Notes: generated from the letters alone by a model not told the origin. A stretch of DNA of 35,690 bases from an uncultured Christensenellaceae bacterium (GCA_902475645.1 CABSAH010000002.1:1-35690), one strand, 5' to 3'; numbered from the stretch's first letter, positions 24,828 to 34,996 are shown. Program-made: numbers and translations.

Positions 24828-25967
24828 ATGCATATGAATAGGCGTCAGGCTTTAATGGGGGGGGGATGGCATACGGGAAGGGCAAGGGCGGCGTTCAATA
24901 TTGCCGTGACGGCGGCGGTTTTGGCGTTTATGGCAATGATGAGCTTACAGACATACAAGGAGCTGTTCAATAGGGAAGCGGAGCCGCCCGCAAGGCAGCG
25001 CACGGGCATAATAAGCGTTTGGAACGTGGTAAAATGCAAGCCGTACACGGGCAGCATAAGCACCGTTCTCAGCGACGCGGCAAAAAGGCTTGAAAAGCGC
25101 GAATACGGCGTGTTTTACAGCGTGGAGGGCATGACGGAGGATGAATACATAAGGCGCACGGAGCGCGGCGAAAGGCCGGACGTGATAGCGTTTCAGGCGG
25201 GGCTTTTGGACGCAAACGGGCTTACAGAGCTGAATAAGGAGGATTATGCGCAAATAGGCGAAGAGCTACTCCGCGCGGGCAGCAGCGAAGGGAAGCTGTA
25301 TGCAATAGCATATGCGCAAAGCCCGTGCGTACTGATAGAGAATAACGAGCTTTCCAAAAAAGCGGGAATAAGCATTGATGAAGGCGATACGGACGCAAGG
25401 GCCATACTTATGGCGGTAAACGGCGCGGACGGCGGCAGTATAAAGCAAAGCCTGCTGTCCGGCAGGGCGGAAATATGGGCGTTGATGGGCGCGCAGGGCG
25501 AATGCGGCGACACGGCGGCGTTTAAGGAGGGCAAGGCCGCGTTGTGCATAGACGATGTGCGTACAGCGCGGGAGCTGAGCATGCTGAACGAAAGGGGCAA
25601 GGGCTTTAACTATACCGTGCATGGCATTATTGGCGCTTGCGGCAACGCGCGGCTGATAGCAATAATGCAGACCGAGGACGAATGGATAAGGGAGCATGGC
25701 GAAAGGCTGATACAGTTTTTGCTGACGCCTAAGTATAGCCTGAAAATAGCCCAGTGCGGCATGTATCCTTCCGCGCCGACGGACGGCGGGGTTGAATGCG
25801 GCAGCCCCGTTGACGCCGCGGCTTTGCTGGACGGCACGCCGTGCGCGAACGCATTTTTGCTGAACCGATATAAGGACGCTATTGCGGAGGAGGCGGCGCG
25901 TGCGCTTGCGGGCGATGGGGAGGCGGGCAAGGCCATAGCCAAAAGATATGGCGAGCTTTTGGACTGA
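24828..25967 (+). CDS. Hypothetical membrane-anchored protein with features resembling a periplasmic-binding-protein fold
   Basis: 379 aa with one N-terminal TM (AAFNIAVTAAVLAFMAMMSL). The soluble part has alternating beta/alpha-like blocks (ISVWNV, PDVIAFQAG, GKLYAIAYA). No SD precedes any candidate start (24828, 24834, 24855). The family was not confidently recognised. Confidence 0.45.
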   Translation: MHMNRRQALMGGGWHTGRARAAFNIAVTAAVLAFMAMMSLQTYKELFNREAEPPARQRTGIISVWNVVKCKPYTGSISTVLSDAAKRLEKREYGVFYSVEGMTEDEYIRRTERGERPDVIAFQAGLLDANGLTELNKEDYAQIGEELLRAGSSEGKLYAIAYAQSPCVLIENNELSKKAGISIDEGDTDARAILMAVNGADGGSIKQSLLSGRAEIWALMGAQGECGDTAAFKEGKAALCIDDVRTARELSMLNERGKGFNYTVHGIIGACGNARLIAIMQTEDEWIREHGERLIQFLLTPKYSLKIAQCGMYPSAPTDGGVECGSPVDAAALLDGTPCANAFLLNRYKDAIAEEAARALAGDGEAGKAIAKRYGELLD

Positions 25968-26035
25968 GTATTGTGAAACGGGCAAAAATAAAGTAAAATT
26001 AACTTGGCTGAATAATGCTTATTGGGAGAGAGAAT

Positions 26036-26938
26036 ATGAAGGAATTGCCTTTTGAATTAAAACGGATGCTCAATGCGCTTAATGCGCGGGAAAACGTGCC
26101 TATGGCGCAGTATACCTCCTTCAAAACGGGCGGGAATGCGCGCATATTGGCGGAGCCTGATACCGCGGAGCATACGGCGGAGCTTATGCGGATGATAGAG
26201 GAGGCTGGCGTAGAGCATTACGTTATAGGCAACGGCACAAATCTTTTGATAAGCGACAACGGGCTTGACGCGATAGTTGTGCGCATTGGCGAAAGGCTTG
26301 GCAGCATTGAGCGGAACGGCTGCACCGTATTTGCGGGCGCGGGCGCAAGCTATGCGGCATTGGCTAAGCAAAGCGTACAATGGGGGCTTATGGGCCTTGA
26401 ATGGGCGGCGGGCATACCGGGCACGGTAGGCGGCGCGGTGGCAATGAACGCGGGCGCATACGGCGGGGAAACCGTAAACGCGCTTAAAACCGTGACGTAT
26501 GCGGAAAACGGCGCCATAATAAAGGAAGCCGTGGATAAGGAAGAGTTTGGATACAGGCTAAGCCCGTTCGTTACGGGTGAAAAGGTGATAATAGGCGCGG
26601 AGCTTGAATTGAAAGAGGATGACGGCGGCGCATACGGCAGAATGGCGGAATATACCAACAGCAGGCGCGAAAAGCAGCCCATAAATTACCCGAGCGCCGG
26701 AAGCACGTTCAAACGCCCCGAGGGACATTTTGCCGGGGCGCTGATAGAGCAGGCGGGCTTGAAGGGAACGCGCGTAGGCGGTGCGGAGGTCAGCACGCTG
26801 CACGCAGGATTTATAATAAACGCGGGCGGGGCAACATCGCGCGATGTATACGAGCTGATACGCCTTGTGCAGCAAAGGGTGAAGGAAAACAGCGGAGTGC
26901 GGCTTGAAACGGAAGTGAAGCTGCTTGGCGAATTCTAA
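26036..26938 (+). CDS. murB: UDP-N-acetylenolpyruvoylglucosamine reductase
   Basis: FAD-binding block YTSFKTGGNARILAEP, then GNGTNLL, GIPGTVGGAVAMNAGAYG and PSAGSTFKRP. The ATG at 26036 follows GGGAGAG. Confidence 0.9.
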   Translation: MKELPFELKRMLNALNARENVPMAQYTSFKTGGNARILAEPDTAEHTAELMRMIEEAGVEHYVIGNGTNLLISDNGLDAIVVRIGERLGSIERNGCTVFAGAGASYAALAKQSVQWGLMGLEWAAGIPGTVGGAVAMNAGAYGGETVNALKTVTYAENGAIIKEAVDKEEFGYRLSPFVTGEKVIIGAELELKEDDGGAYGRMAEYTNSRREKQPINYPSAGSTFKRPEGHFAGALIEQAGLKGTRVGGAEVSTLHAGFIINAGGATSRDVYELIRLVQQRVKENSGVRLETEVKLLGEF

Positions 26939-26948
26939 GGAGGAGCAG

Positions 26949-27836
26949 ATGGAGCTTGTTATAGTTACCGGTCTTTCGGGCGGCGGAAAAACGCAGGCGC
27001 TCAGGTGCCTTGAGGATATGGGCTATTTTTGCGTGGATAATTTGCCGTGCGCAATGATGGGAGGATTTGTGCAGCTTTGCCGCGATTCAAAGCCGCCCGT
27101 TGAAAAGGCCGCCGTTGTTGTGGACAGCCGCGAAAGCGTGTTTGCAAACGAATTGCAGCAGGCGCATATGCAGCTATGCATGCTGCCCGTCAATTTCCAT
27201 ATACTGTATCTTGAATGCCGCGACGGGGTGCTTGAACGGCGCTATAACGAAAGCCGCCGCCCGCATCCGCTGAACCGCGATATACGCGAGGGCATAAAGG
27301 AGGAGCGTGAGCTGCTTTCCTTCTTCCGCGACAGGGCGGAATATATAATTGATACAAGCGAGCTAAAGCCAATGGAACTTAGAAGAAAGCTTGAAGAATA
27401 CTTCAGCGGGGACAGAAAGGCGGAGTTCCAGCTTATAATAGAAAGCTTTGGCTATAAGCGCGGGGTGCCGTTTGAAGCGGATATGGTGTTAGATATGCGC
27501 TTTAGCCCAAATCCGTTTTATGAAGCGGAGCTTAGGGGGCTTAGCGGCAGGGACAAGCCCGTGCGCGATTTTATAGAGAGCGATGAAATATACAAAGGCT
27601 TTATGGAGCGAACGGAGGCCATGCTGCGGCAGCTTATACCCGCATTCGTAAAGCAGGGCAAGTGCAGGCTGCTTGTGGCCTTCGGCTGCACGGGCGGCAG
27701 GCACCGTTCCGTATGCGCGGCGGAGGAAATGTTCAAAAGGATGAAGGATGATTATTCCGCCCGCCTGATACACCGCGATGCGGGCATAGAGGCGGCGGAC
27801 ATACAGGAACGCACAGGTGGAAAGGTAGAAAGCTGA
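26949..27836 (+). CDS. rapZ: RNase adapter / nucleotide-binding protein RapZ (YvcJ)
   Basis: MELVIVTGLSGGGKTQALRCLEDMGYFCVDNLP (Walker A) and the C-terminal FGCTGGRHRS. The ATG follows AAGGAGG. Confidence 0.9.
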   Translation: MELVIVTGLSGGGKTQALRCLEDMGYFCVDNLPCAMMGGFVQLCRDSKPPVEKAAVVVDSRESVFANELQQAHMQLCMLPVNFHILYLECRDGVLERRYNESRRPHPLNRDIREGIKEERELLSFFRDRAEYIIDTSELKPMELRRKLEEYFSGDRKAEFQLIIESFGYKRGVPFEADMVLDMRFSPNPFYEAELRGLSGRDKPVRDFIESDEIYKGFMERTEAMLRQLIPAFVKQGKCRLLVAFGCTGGRHRSVCAAEEMFKRMKDDYSARLIHRDAGIEAADIQERTGGKVES

Positions 27837-28807
27837 TGTCTTTTTCATCCACGGTAAAGGACGAGCTGGCGGGCATAAAAACGCAAAGCCGCGATGAAAG
27901 GCTCAGCTTGCTTTGCGGCCTGACCCATACCTCGGCGGCGGTTACAATAGGCCGGGGCGGGCTTGGCATAGAATACGTGAGCGAAAGCGAAAACGTGGCG
28001 GAGCTTGCCCGCGCGCTTACGGAGGAGCTGTATGGGCTGGATGCGTCGTTTTCAACGCGCAGGCAGGAGGGCTTTAAGCGCAGCAGCATAGTTGTCCATG
28101 CTTCGGGCGAAGGGTGCAGGAGGCTGCTTATTGACTGCGGCAGTCTGCCCGCGGATGACGACGCGGACTTTGAACCGGGTAAAATACCCGAAAGCATGAC
28201 GCAGAGCGACGAGCGTATGCGCTGCCTGCTGCGCGGCGCTTTTTTGGGCGGCGGTTCGGTAAGCGACCCCAAGAAGGGCTACCACCTTGAAATTGTTACG
28301 CGGCAGGAATGCTTTGCGGATACACTTCGCGCCGCGGCGGAGGGTTACGGCATCCGCGCCAAGGTAACGGCAAGGAAGGCGAATTTTATATTTTATTTGA
28401 AAGAGGGCGAAAGCGTTTCCGACTTTCTAAGCCTTGTTGGGGCAATGAACGGCACAATGCAGTTTGAGCAGATACGGGTGCTGCGCTTTATGGCAAACGA
28501 CATAAACCGCCGCACTAATTTTGAAGATGCAAATATGCAAAAGGCGGCGATGGCCTCCGCGCAGCAGAGAATGGACATACAGCTTATTATAAAAGAGCAG
28601 GGCATAGAAAGCCTGCCGGATAAGCTTAGGCAAACGGCGGAAGCAAGGATAAATAATCCCGAGGCCACGCTGACGGAATTGGCGCATGAGCTTGAAATAA
28701 CAAAGTCCTGCCTTACGCACAGGCTTAAAAAGCTTTCCCAAACGGCGGAGGATATTCGCCTGCACGGGAGCGGCGCGGCGGACGGAGCAGGGGAGGAGAA
28801 TATATGA
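27836..28807 (+). CDS. whiA: DNA-binding sporulation/cell-division regulator WhiA
   Basis: MSFSSTVKDELA at the N-terminus, a LAGLIDADG-like middle region, and a C-terminal HTH (ATLTELAHELEITKSCLTHRLKKL). TGATG overlap with rapZ. Confidence 0.9.
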   Translation: MSFSSTVKDELAGIKTQSRDERLSLLCGLTHTSAAVTIGRGGLGIEYVSESENVAELARALTEELYGLDASFSTRRQEGFKRSSIVVHASGEGCRRLLIDCGSLPADDDADFEPGKIPESMTQSDERMRCLLRGAFLGGGSVSDPKKGYHLEIVTRQECFADTLRAAAEGYGIRAKVTARKANFIFYLKEGESVSDFLSLVGAMNGTMQFEQIRVLRFMANDINRRTNFEDANMQKAAMASAQQRMDIQLIIKEQGIESLPDKLRQTAEARINNPEATLTELAHELEITKSCLTHRLKKLSQTAEDIRLHGSGAADGAGEENI

Positions 28808-31800
28808 GCGGCTTTACACACCTGCATGTGCATACGGTATACAGCCTGCTGGACGGCGCATCCAAAATACCGGCGCTCGTTTCGCGGGCAAAGGAGCTGG
28901 GCATGGATTCCATTGCCATAACGGATCACGGCGTTATGTACGGCGTGATAGATTTTTATAAGGAATGTACAAAGCAGGGCATAAAGCCCATACTCGGCAT
29001 GGAGGCCTACGTTGCGCCCGCCTCGCTTTACGATAGGGAGGGCACAAGGGAATACAACCACCTTATTTTGCTTGCCAAGAACCAAGAGGGCTACAGGAAC
29101 CTGATGAAGCTCAGCTCAATAGCCTTTGTGGACGGGTTCTATTATAAGCCGAGGATAGATTACGATATACTTGAAAAATACCATGAAGGGCTTATTTGCC
29201 TTTCCGCGTGCCTTGCGGGCAGCATACCGCAGGCGCTGCTGAACGGGCGCCATGATGAGGCGCGCGCCTTAGCGCTTAGGTTGAAGCGCGTGTTCGGGGA
29301 CGATTTTTATATTGAGCTGCAAAACCACGGCCTGCCGGAGCAGCTTGAGGTGCTGCCAAAGCTTGCAAATTTGGCGCGGGAGCTTAATATAAAGGCCGTT
29401 GCCACGAACGATATACATTATGTGGATAAGGCTGATGCGGAGGCGCAGGATCTTTTGCTGTGCATACAGACGGCAAAATACGTTGACGATGAAAACCGCA
29501 TGCGCATGAGCGCGGATGAATTCTATCTTAAAAGCGAGGACGAAATGCGCGCCGCGCTTAAGGGCTACGAATACGCCGTTGAAAATACGCGCGAGGTTGC
29601 GGATAAATGCAGCGTGAGCATAGCGTTTGGCGAAAGGCATTTGCCCGGCTTTAACGCGCCTGACGGCATGGACAATTTTGAATACCTGAAAAAGCTTTCC
29701 GAAGAGGGGCTTGCAATAAAAATGCCCGATGCCGATGACGCCGCGCGGGAGCGGCTTAATACGGAGCTTGAAATAATCCGCAGCATGGATTTTGTGGACT
29801 ATTTCCTTATAGTGCGCGATTTTGTGGCGTTTGCGCACAACAGCGGCATATTCGTGGGCCCCGGGCGCGGCAGCGGCGCGGCAAGCCTTGTTGCGTATTC
29901 ATTGGATATTACGGACATTGACCCGCTTATGTACGACCTTCCGTTTGAGCGTTTCCTTAATCCGGAGCGGGTATCCATGCCGGACTTTGATATAGACTTC
30001 TGCGTGGAAAGGCGGCAGGAGGTAATAGACTATGTTGTTGAAAAATACGGCAAGGATAACGTATCGCAGATAATAACGTTCTCTACGCTTGCGGCAAGGG
30101 CGGTTGTAAAGGATGTGGGGCGCGCGCTTAGGGTTCCGCTTCAGGACGTGAACAGGATAACAAAGCTTATACCAAGGGCGGTGGATATGACGCTGAGCAA
30201 GGCGCTGGAGGTATCGGCGGAGCTTAAGGAGCTTTACGATAACGACCCCGTGGTAACAAAGCTTATAGACCTTTCATTAAAGCTTGAAGGGCTGCCGAGG
30301 AATCCCGGCACCCACGCGGCTGGCGTTGTTATAAGCGCGGAGCCTATAAGCGAATTTGTGCCGCTGCAGCGCAACGGCGACATTGTGACCACGCAGTTCT
30401 ATAAGGAAATAATAGAGGAGCTCGGCCTGCTGAAGATGGACTTCCTTGGGCTGAGAACGCTTACCGTAATACGCGATACGCTTGACTTTATACGCGGGCA
30501 GGGCAAAAACGTTCCAGATAAGGAATTGAAGGAGTATACGGACAGGCGCGTATACGAAATGATATCCGCTGCCGATACGGACGGCGTGTTCCAGCTTGAA
30601 TCGGCCGGCATGAAGCAGTTTATGCTGCAATTAAAGCCCGGCTGCCTTGAAGATCTTATAGCCGGCATTTCGCTTTTCCGCCCGGGCCCCATGGATCAGA
30701 TACCCAAATATCTTTCCGGAAAAAACCACCCCGACAAGGTAACGTATCTTAGCGAAAAGCTTCGCCCCGCGCTAAAGGCCACATACGGCTGCATGGTATA
30801 TCAGGAGCAGGTGATGCGCATAGTGCGCGACGTGGCGGGCTATTCCATGGGCCGCAGTGACCTTGTGCGCCGCGCAATGGCCAAAAAGAAGCACGACGTT
30901 ATGCAAAAGGAACGGCATAACTTTATATACGGCATAGAGGAAAACGGCGTTGTGAGCGTGCCGGGCGCGGTGCGTAACGGCGTGGACGCGGAAACGGCGA
31001 ATAAAATATTCGACTCAATGGCGGATTTTGCGTCCTATGCCTTCAATAAGCCCCATGCCGCCTGCTATGCCGTGCTTGCATACAGAACGGCGTATCTTAA
31101 AGCCTATTATCCGGTTGAGTTTATGACCGCAATGCTGAATAGCTTTATAAGCAGCGTAGACCAGCTTGCGGGATACATAAACACGGCGCGGCGCATGGGC
31201 ATAACCGTGCTGCCGCCGGACATAAACAAAAGCCGCGAAAAGTTCAGCGTGGAGGACGGCAAAATACGCTTTGGCCTTGCGGGCATACGCAACGTGGGCG
31301 AAGGGGCGATGAAGGACATTATAAGCGAGCGCGACCGCGGCGGCAGCTTTAAGGACTTTACGGATTTTGCAAACCGCGCGGGGGACATAAACAAGCGCAT
31401 GGTGGAGGCTATGATAAAGGTAGGCTGCTTTGACAGCACCGGTGCAAAGCGTTCCCAGCTAATGGCGGTATATGAAAATGCGCTTTCGCTTGCGGCGGGG
31501 GAAAGGAAGCAGGCCGCGGCGGGGCAGATGAGCCTTTTTGATATAGGCGGCGGGGAAAGCATACGCAGAAGCTTTATAAAGCTGCCCGATATTGCCGAAT
31601 TTGCGGATGCGGAAAAGCTGGATATGGAGCATGAAACGCTTGGAATATACCTAAGCGGGCATCCGCTCAACGACTATGCGGATATACTTGCTTCGCTCCC
31701 CGATACGGCGGCAAAGCTTTGCGGCAGGGATAGTGAAGAAAATGTTGAAATAGGGCCGCAGGAGGGTGACAAAGTAAAAATCGGTGGTATAATAACACAC

Positions 31801-32259
31801 GTTCAAAGGAAGCTTACGCGCTCCGGCAGCGGAATGATGGCCTATTGCACGCTGGAGGATACCACAGGCTCGATTGAATGCTTGGCGTTTCCGTCGGTGT
31901 TTACAAGGTATTCAAGCCTGTTGAACAGCGATTCAAAGGTTATAATTTCGGGCAAGCTGAACGTGCGCGACGAGCAGGAGAACATGATTTTGATAGACGA
32001 TGTGCAGCCGCTTATGAAGCGCAGCGCATCGGAAAAAATTTACCTTAGGCTGGATACGCAGGACAAGCTCACTATGGACAGGCTTATGAGCGTGCTGCGC
32101 CGCTTTCCCGGCAATGTGCCGGTAATACTGCACGACCCGAACACAAAGCGCACACAGCTTGCGCCTAAGGAACTGTTTGTTAATCCCTCCGGAGCGGTGA
32201 AGGACGTCCTTTGCGAGCTTCTGGGACAAGATAATGTTAAGACCAAAAAGGGAGAATAG
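28804..32259 (+). CDS. dnaE: DNA polymerase III alpha subunit (DnaE type)
   Basis: 1151 aa with the PHP domain FTHLHVHTVYSLLDGA, the palm/fingers blocks GPGRGSGAASLVAYSLDITDIDP and FDIDF, and an OB fold near the C-terminus. ATGA overlap with whiA. Confidence 0.95.
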   Translation: MSGFTHLHVHTVYSLLDGASKIPALVSRAKELGMDSIAITDHGVMYGVIDFYKECTKQGIKPILGMEAYVAPASLYDREGTREYNHLILLAKNQEGYRNLMKLSSIAFVDGFYYKPRIDYDILEKYHEGLICLSACLAGSIPQALLNGRHDEARALALRLKRVFGDDFYIELQNHGLPEQLEVLPKLANLARELNIKAVATNDIHYVDKADAEAQDLLLCIQTAKYVDDENRMRMSADEFYLKSEDEMRAALKGYEYAVENTREVADKCSVSIAFGERHLPGFNAPDGMDNFEYLKKLSEEGLAIKMPDADDAARERLNTELEIIRSMDFVDYFLIVRDFVAFAHNSGIFVGPGRGSGAASLVAYSLDITDIDPLMYDLPFERFLNPERVSMPDFDIDFCVERRQEVIDYVVEKYGKDNVSQIITFSTLAARAVVKDVGRALRVPLQDVNRITKLIPRAVDMTLSKALEVSAELKELYDNDPVVTKLIDLSLKLEGLPRNPGTHAAGVVISAEPISEFVPLQRNGDIVTTQFYKEIIEELGLLKMDFLGLRTLTVIRDTLDFIRGQGKNVPDKELKEYTDRRVYEMISAADTDGVFQLESAGMKQFMLQLKPGCLEDLIAGISLFRPGPMDQIPKYLSGKNHPDKVTYLSEKLRPALKATYGCMVYQEQVMRIVRDVAGYSMGRSDLVRRAMAKKKHDVMQKERHNFIYGIEENGVVSVPGAVRNGVDAETANKIFDSMADFASYAFNKPHAACYAVLAYRTAYLKAYYPVEFMTAMLNSFISSVDQLAGYINTARRMGITVLPPDINKSREKFSVEDGKIRFGLAGIRNVGEGAMKDIISERDRGGSFKDFTDFANRAGDINKRMVEAMIKVGCFDSTGAKRSQLMAVYENALSLAAGERKQAAAGQMSLFDIGGGESIRRSFIKLPDIAEFADAEKLDMEHETLGIYLSGHPLNDYADILASLPDTAAKLCGRDSEENVEIGPQEGDKVKIGGIITHVQRKLTRSGSGMMAYCTLEDTTGSIECLAFPSVFTRYSSLLNSDSKVIISGKLNVRDEQENMILIDDVQPLMKRSASEKIYLRLDTQDKLTMDRLMSVLRRFPGNVPVILHDPNTKRTQLAPKELFVNPSGAVKDVLCELLGQDNVKTKKGE

Positions 32260-32265
32260 TTTTTT

Positions 32266-33228
32266 ATGAAAAAGGTAGGAGTGCTTACAAGCGGGGGAGA
32301 TACGCCGGGCATGAATTCGGCTATACGCGCCGTGTTTAAGGAAGCGGATTACCGCGGAATGGACGTTATGGGCATATTCCACGGCTATAAGGGGCTTATT
32401 GAGGGGCGCATACGCCAGCTTACCCATGCAGACGTAGCAAACGTTATGCATAAGGGCGGCACGGTGCTGAGGACGGCGCGAAGCGAAGAATTTATGCAGG
32501 GCGACGGCTTTGAAAAGGCGCTGAACATGCTGCGCGCATACGATATAGACGGCCTTATCATAATCGGCGGGGACGGCAGCTACCGCGGCGCGAAAAAGCT
32601 TTATGAAAACGGCATAAAGACAATAGGTTTGCCCGGCACGATAGATAACGACATGGGCTATACCGATTTTACAATCGGCTTCACCACAGCCGTGAACACC
32701 ATAACGGACGAAATATATAAAATACGCGACACCATGCGCGCGCACGACCGCGTAGGCGTGGTTGAGGTTATGGGCCGCAACTGCGGCGATATTGCGCTGT
32801 GGGCAGGCGTTGCGGGCGGCGCGGATATGATAATTGTGCCGGAGATACCCATGAATTGGGAGGACTGCGCAAAGCAGCTTGTGAAGAATAAGCTGCGCGG
32901 CCAGCTCACAAGCATTGTTATAATCGCCGAGGGCGCGGGCAAGGCGGAGGACTTTGCGCGCTTTGTAAACGAGCATACGGACGTTGAAGCCAAGGCGATA
33001 GTACCGGGCTATATACAGCGCGGCGGCAACCCTACCGCATTTGACAGGGTGCTTGCGGCAAGGCTTGGCCAGCGCGCCGTGGAGCTGCTTGCGGACGATA
33101 TAGGCGGCCGCGCCGTGGGCATAAAGGATAACAAGATAATAGACGTAAGCATAGAGGAAGCGGTTGAAATGCCGGATTGCTTTGACGAAAAGCTGTTCCG
33201 CTTCAATTCCGTGCTTGCAAGGTTTTAA
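32266..33228 (+). CDS. pfkA: ATP-dependent 6-phosphofructokinase
   Basis: MKKVGVLTSGGDTPGMNSAIRAV, IIGGDGSYRGA, GLPGTIDNDM and VEVMGRNCGDIAL. 320 aa. Confidence 0.95.
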   Translation: MKKVGVLTSGGDTPGMNSAIRAVFKEADYRGMDVMGIFHGYKGLIEGRIRQLTHADVANVMHKGGTVLRTARSEEFMQGDGFEKALNMLRAYDIDGLIIIGGDGSYRGAKKLYENGIKTIGLPGTIDNDMGYTDFTIGFTTAVNTITDEIYKIRDTMRAHDRVGVVEVMGRNCGDIALWAGVAGGADMIIVPEIPMNWEDCAKQLVKNKLRGQLTSIVIIAEGAGKAEDFARFVNEHTDVEAKAIVPGYIQRGGNPTAFDRVLAARLGQRAVELLADDIGGRAVGIKDNKIIDVSIEEAVEMPDCFDEKLFRFNSVLARF

Positions 33229-33245
33229 TATAAAGGATATTTGCA

Positions 33246-34937
33246 ATGACAAAGCGAACAAAAGCAGCCGGGCCTTTGAACCGGAACGACGATATTGAAC
33301 TGAATATAGACTCCATAGGCTCCGAAGGGCAGGGCGTGGGCAGATACGAAGGGCTGGCGGTTTTTGTGCCGTTTGCCCTGCCTAATGAGCGCGTTAAGGC
33401 GCACATAATAAAGGCCGCGCCCAACTACGCCGTGGGCAAGCTTATTGCCGTTGATATCGCAAGCCGCGATAGGCGCGAGCCGCGCTGCCCCGCCTTTATG
33501 CGCTGCGGCGGATGCAATCTGCTGCATATGGATTATGCGGCGCAGCTTGAATATAAGCGCGGCGTTGTGGCGAATGCGCTCATGCGCATAGGCAAGGTGG
33601 AATCCCCGCACGTCAGGCGCACCATAGGCATGGAGCATCCGTATCATTACCGCAACAAGGCGGCGTTTCCGTTCGCAATGGTCGATGGGCGTATGTGCTT
33701 CGGCTTTTTTGCCCCGCGCAGCCATAGGCTTGTGCCGATAGACGGCTGCCTTATTGAAAATAAAGCGCTGTATAATGTTGCAGAGGCGGTGCATTGCTGG
33801 GCGGAGGAAAACGACATTGCCCCGTATGATGAACAAACCGGCGGAGGTGCGCTGCGCCACGTTGTTGGCAGGATAACCACCGCGGGCGACATTATGGCCG
33901 TAATAGTTACCAAGGGACGGCCAAAGAAGCTGAACGCGCTGATAGATATGCTTACCGAACGCTGCGAGGGGCTTAAATCGATTATACTCAACCGCAACGA
34001 CGGCGACACAAACGTTATATTCGGCGATAAGTACGAAACGCTCTGGGGCGACAATACGCTTACGGAGGAGCTTTGCGGCTTCAGGTTTGAAATAAGCGCG
34101 GCGTCATTTTTGCAGGTGAACCCGATACAGACGGAAAAGCTGTATGCGCAGGTGGAAGCATTTTTGCCCGAGCAGAACGGCTTTGAGGCCATGGACGTAT
34201 ACTGCGGCGCGGGCACCATATCCATGGTGATAGCCAAGCGCGCCTGCCGCGTTACGGGCATAGAAAACGTGCCTAGCGCGGTTGAGGATGCGCGGCGCAA
34301 TGCGGCCATGAACGGCGTTGCCAACGCGGACTTCATATGCGCCGACGCTGCCGCCGCTTTGCCAAACCTGATAGCCAACGGCGCCAAGCCCGACGTTATC
34401 GTTCTTGACCCGCCGCGCAAGGGCTGCGAGCGCGCCGTACTCGATGCAATAATTGCAAGCGCCGCACCGCGCATAATCTACGTTTCCTGCGACCCCGCAA
34501 CCCTCGCCCGCGACGTGAGCATACTCACCGCCTCCGGCTACACCCTCCAAACCGCCCAGCCCGTGGATATGTTCCCACAAACTGCGCATGTGGAGACGGT
34601 AGTACTGCTTTCCCACAAAAAGCCAGACGGACATATCAACGTAAAAGTTGAGTTTGGCGAGGGTGAGGGAAAAGTTCCGCTTGATAATATCGCTAAAAGA
34701 GCCGAAGAATATAAGCCCAAAGAACGAGTGACCTACAAAATGATAAAGGAGTACATAGAAGCTAAATACGGCTTCAAGGTACATACCGCATATATCGCAG
34801 AGGTAAAGAGAGATTTAGGCTTGCCAATGTATGATGCTCCTAATGCGGTAGAAGAATTGAAACAGCCGAGGAAGCATCCGACAGCGGAGAAAGTGGAAGC
34901 GATAAAGGATGCGTTGAAGCATTTTGAAGTGATTTAA
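33246..34937 (+). CDS. rlmD: 23S rRNA (uracil-C5)-methyltransferase RlmD/RumA, read through into a foreign C-terminal extension of about 105 aa
   Basis: TRAM-like N-terminus, Fe-S cysteines CPAFMRCGGCNLLH, SAM motif DVYCGAGTIS, LDPPRKG, and the catalytic region YVSCDPATLARD...VDMFPQTAHVETVVLL. RumA proteins normally stop just after this point. Here the frame continues through low-GC DNA to 34937. Confidence 0.85.
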   Translation: MTKRTKAAGPLNRNDDIELNIDSIGSEGQGVGRYEGLAVFVPFALPNERVKAHIIKAAPNYAVGKLIAVDIASRDRREPRCPAFMRCGGCNLLHMDYAAQLEYKRGVVANALMRIGKVESPHVRRTIGMEHPYHYRNKAAFPFAMVDGRMCFGFFAPRSHRLVPIDGCLIENKALYNVAEAVHCWAEENDIAPYDEQTGGGALRHVVGRITTAGDIMAVIVTKGRPKKLNALIDMLTERCEGLKSIILNRNDGDTNVIFGDKYETLWGDNTLTEELCGFRFEISAASFLQVNPIQTEKLYAQVEAFLPEQNGFEAMDVYCGAGTISMVIAKRACRVTGIENVPSAVEDARRNAAMNGVANADFICADAAAALPNLIANGAKPDVIVLDPPRKGCERAVLDAIIASAAPRIIYVSCDPATLARDVSILTASGYTLQTAQPVDMFPQTAHVETVVLLSHKKPDGHINVKVEFGEGEGKVPLDNIAKRAEEYKPKERVTYKMIKEYIEAKYGFKVHTAYIAEVKRDLGLPMYDAPNAVEELKQPRKHPTAEKVEAIKDALKHFEVI

Positions 34938-34996
34938 TGAGGATAGGCGTATCATTAGAAATAGTGGTACGCTTATTTTTATCCCTTTTTGCAGAT

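Noticed and set aside
31933-33261. A 442-aa minus-strand ORF. Similar long antisense ORFs occur at 6774-7766, 7785-8753, 16667-17569, 20261-21049, 23037-23819, 25266-25985 and 28393-29085.
   Set aside because: All are embedded antisense to well-supported + strand genes (dnaE/pfkA, the fusion protein, oadA, the kinases and others). They are rich in Arg/His/Leu/Tyr, as expected from reverse-frame translation, and show no recognisable motifs.
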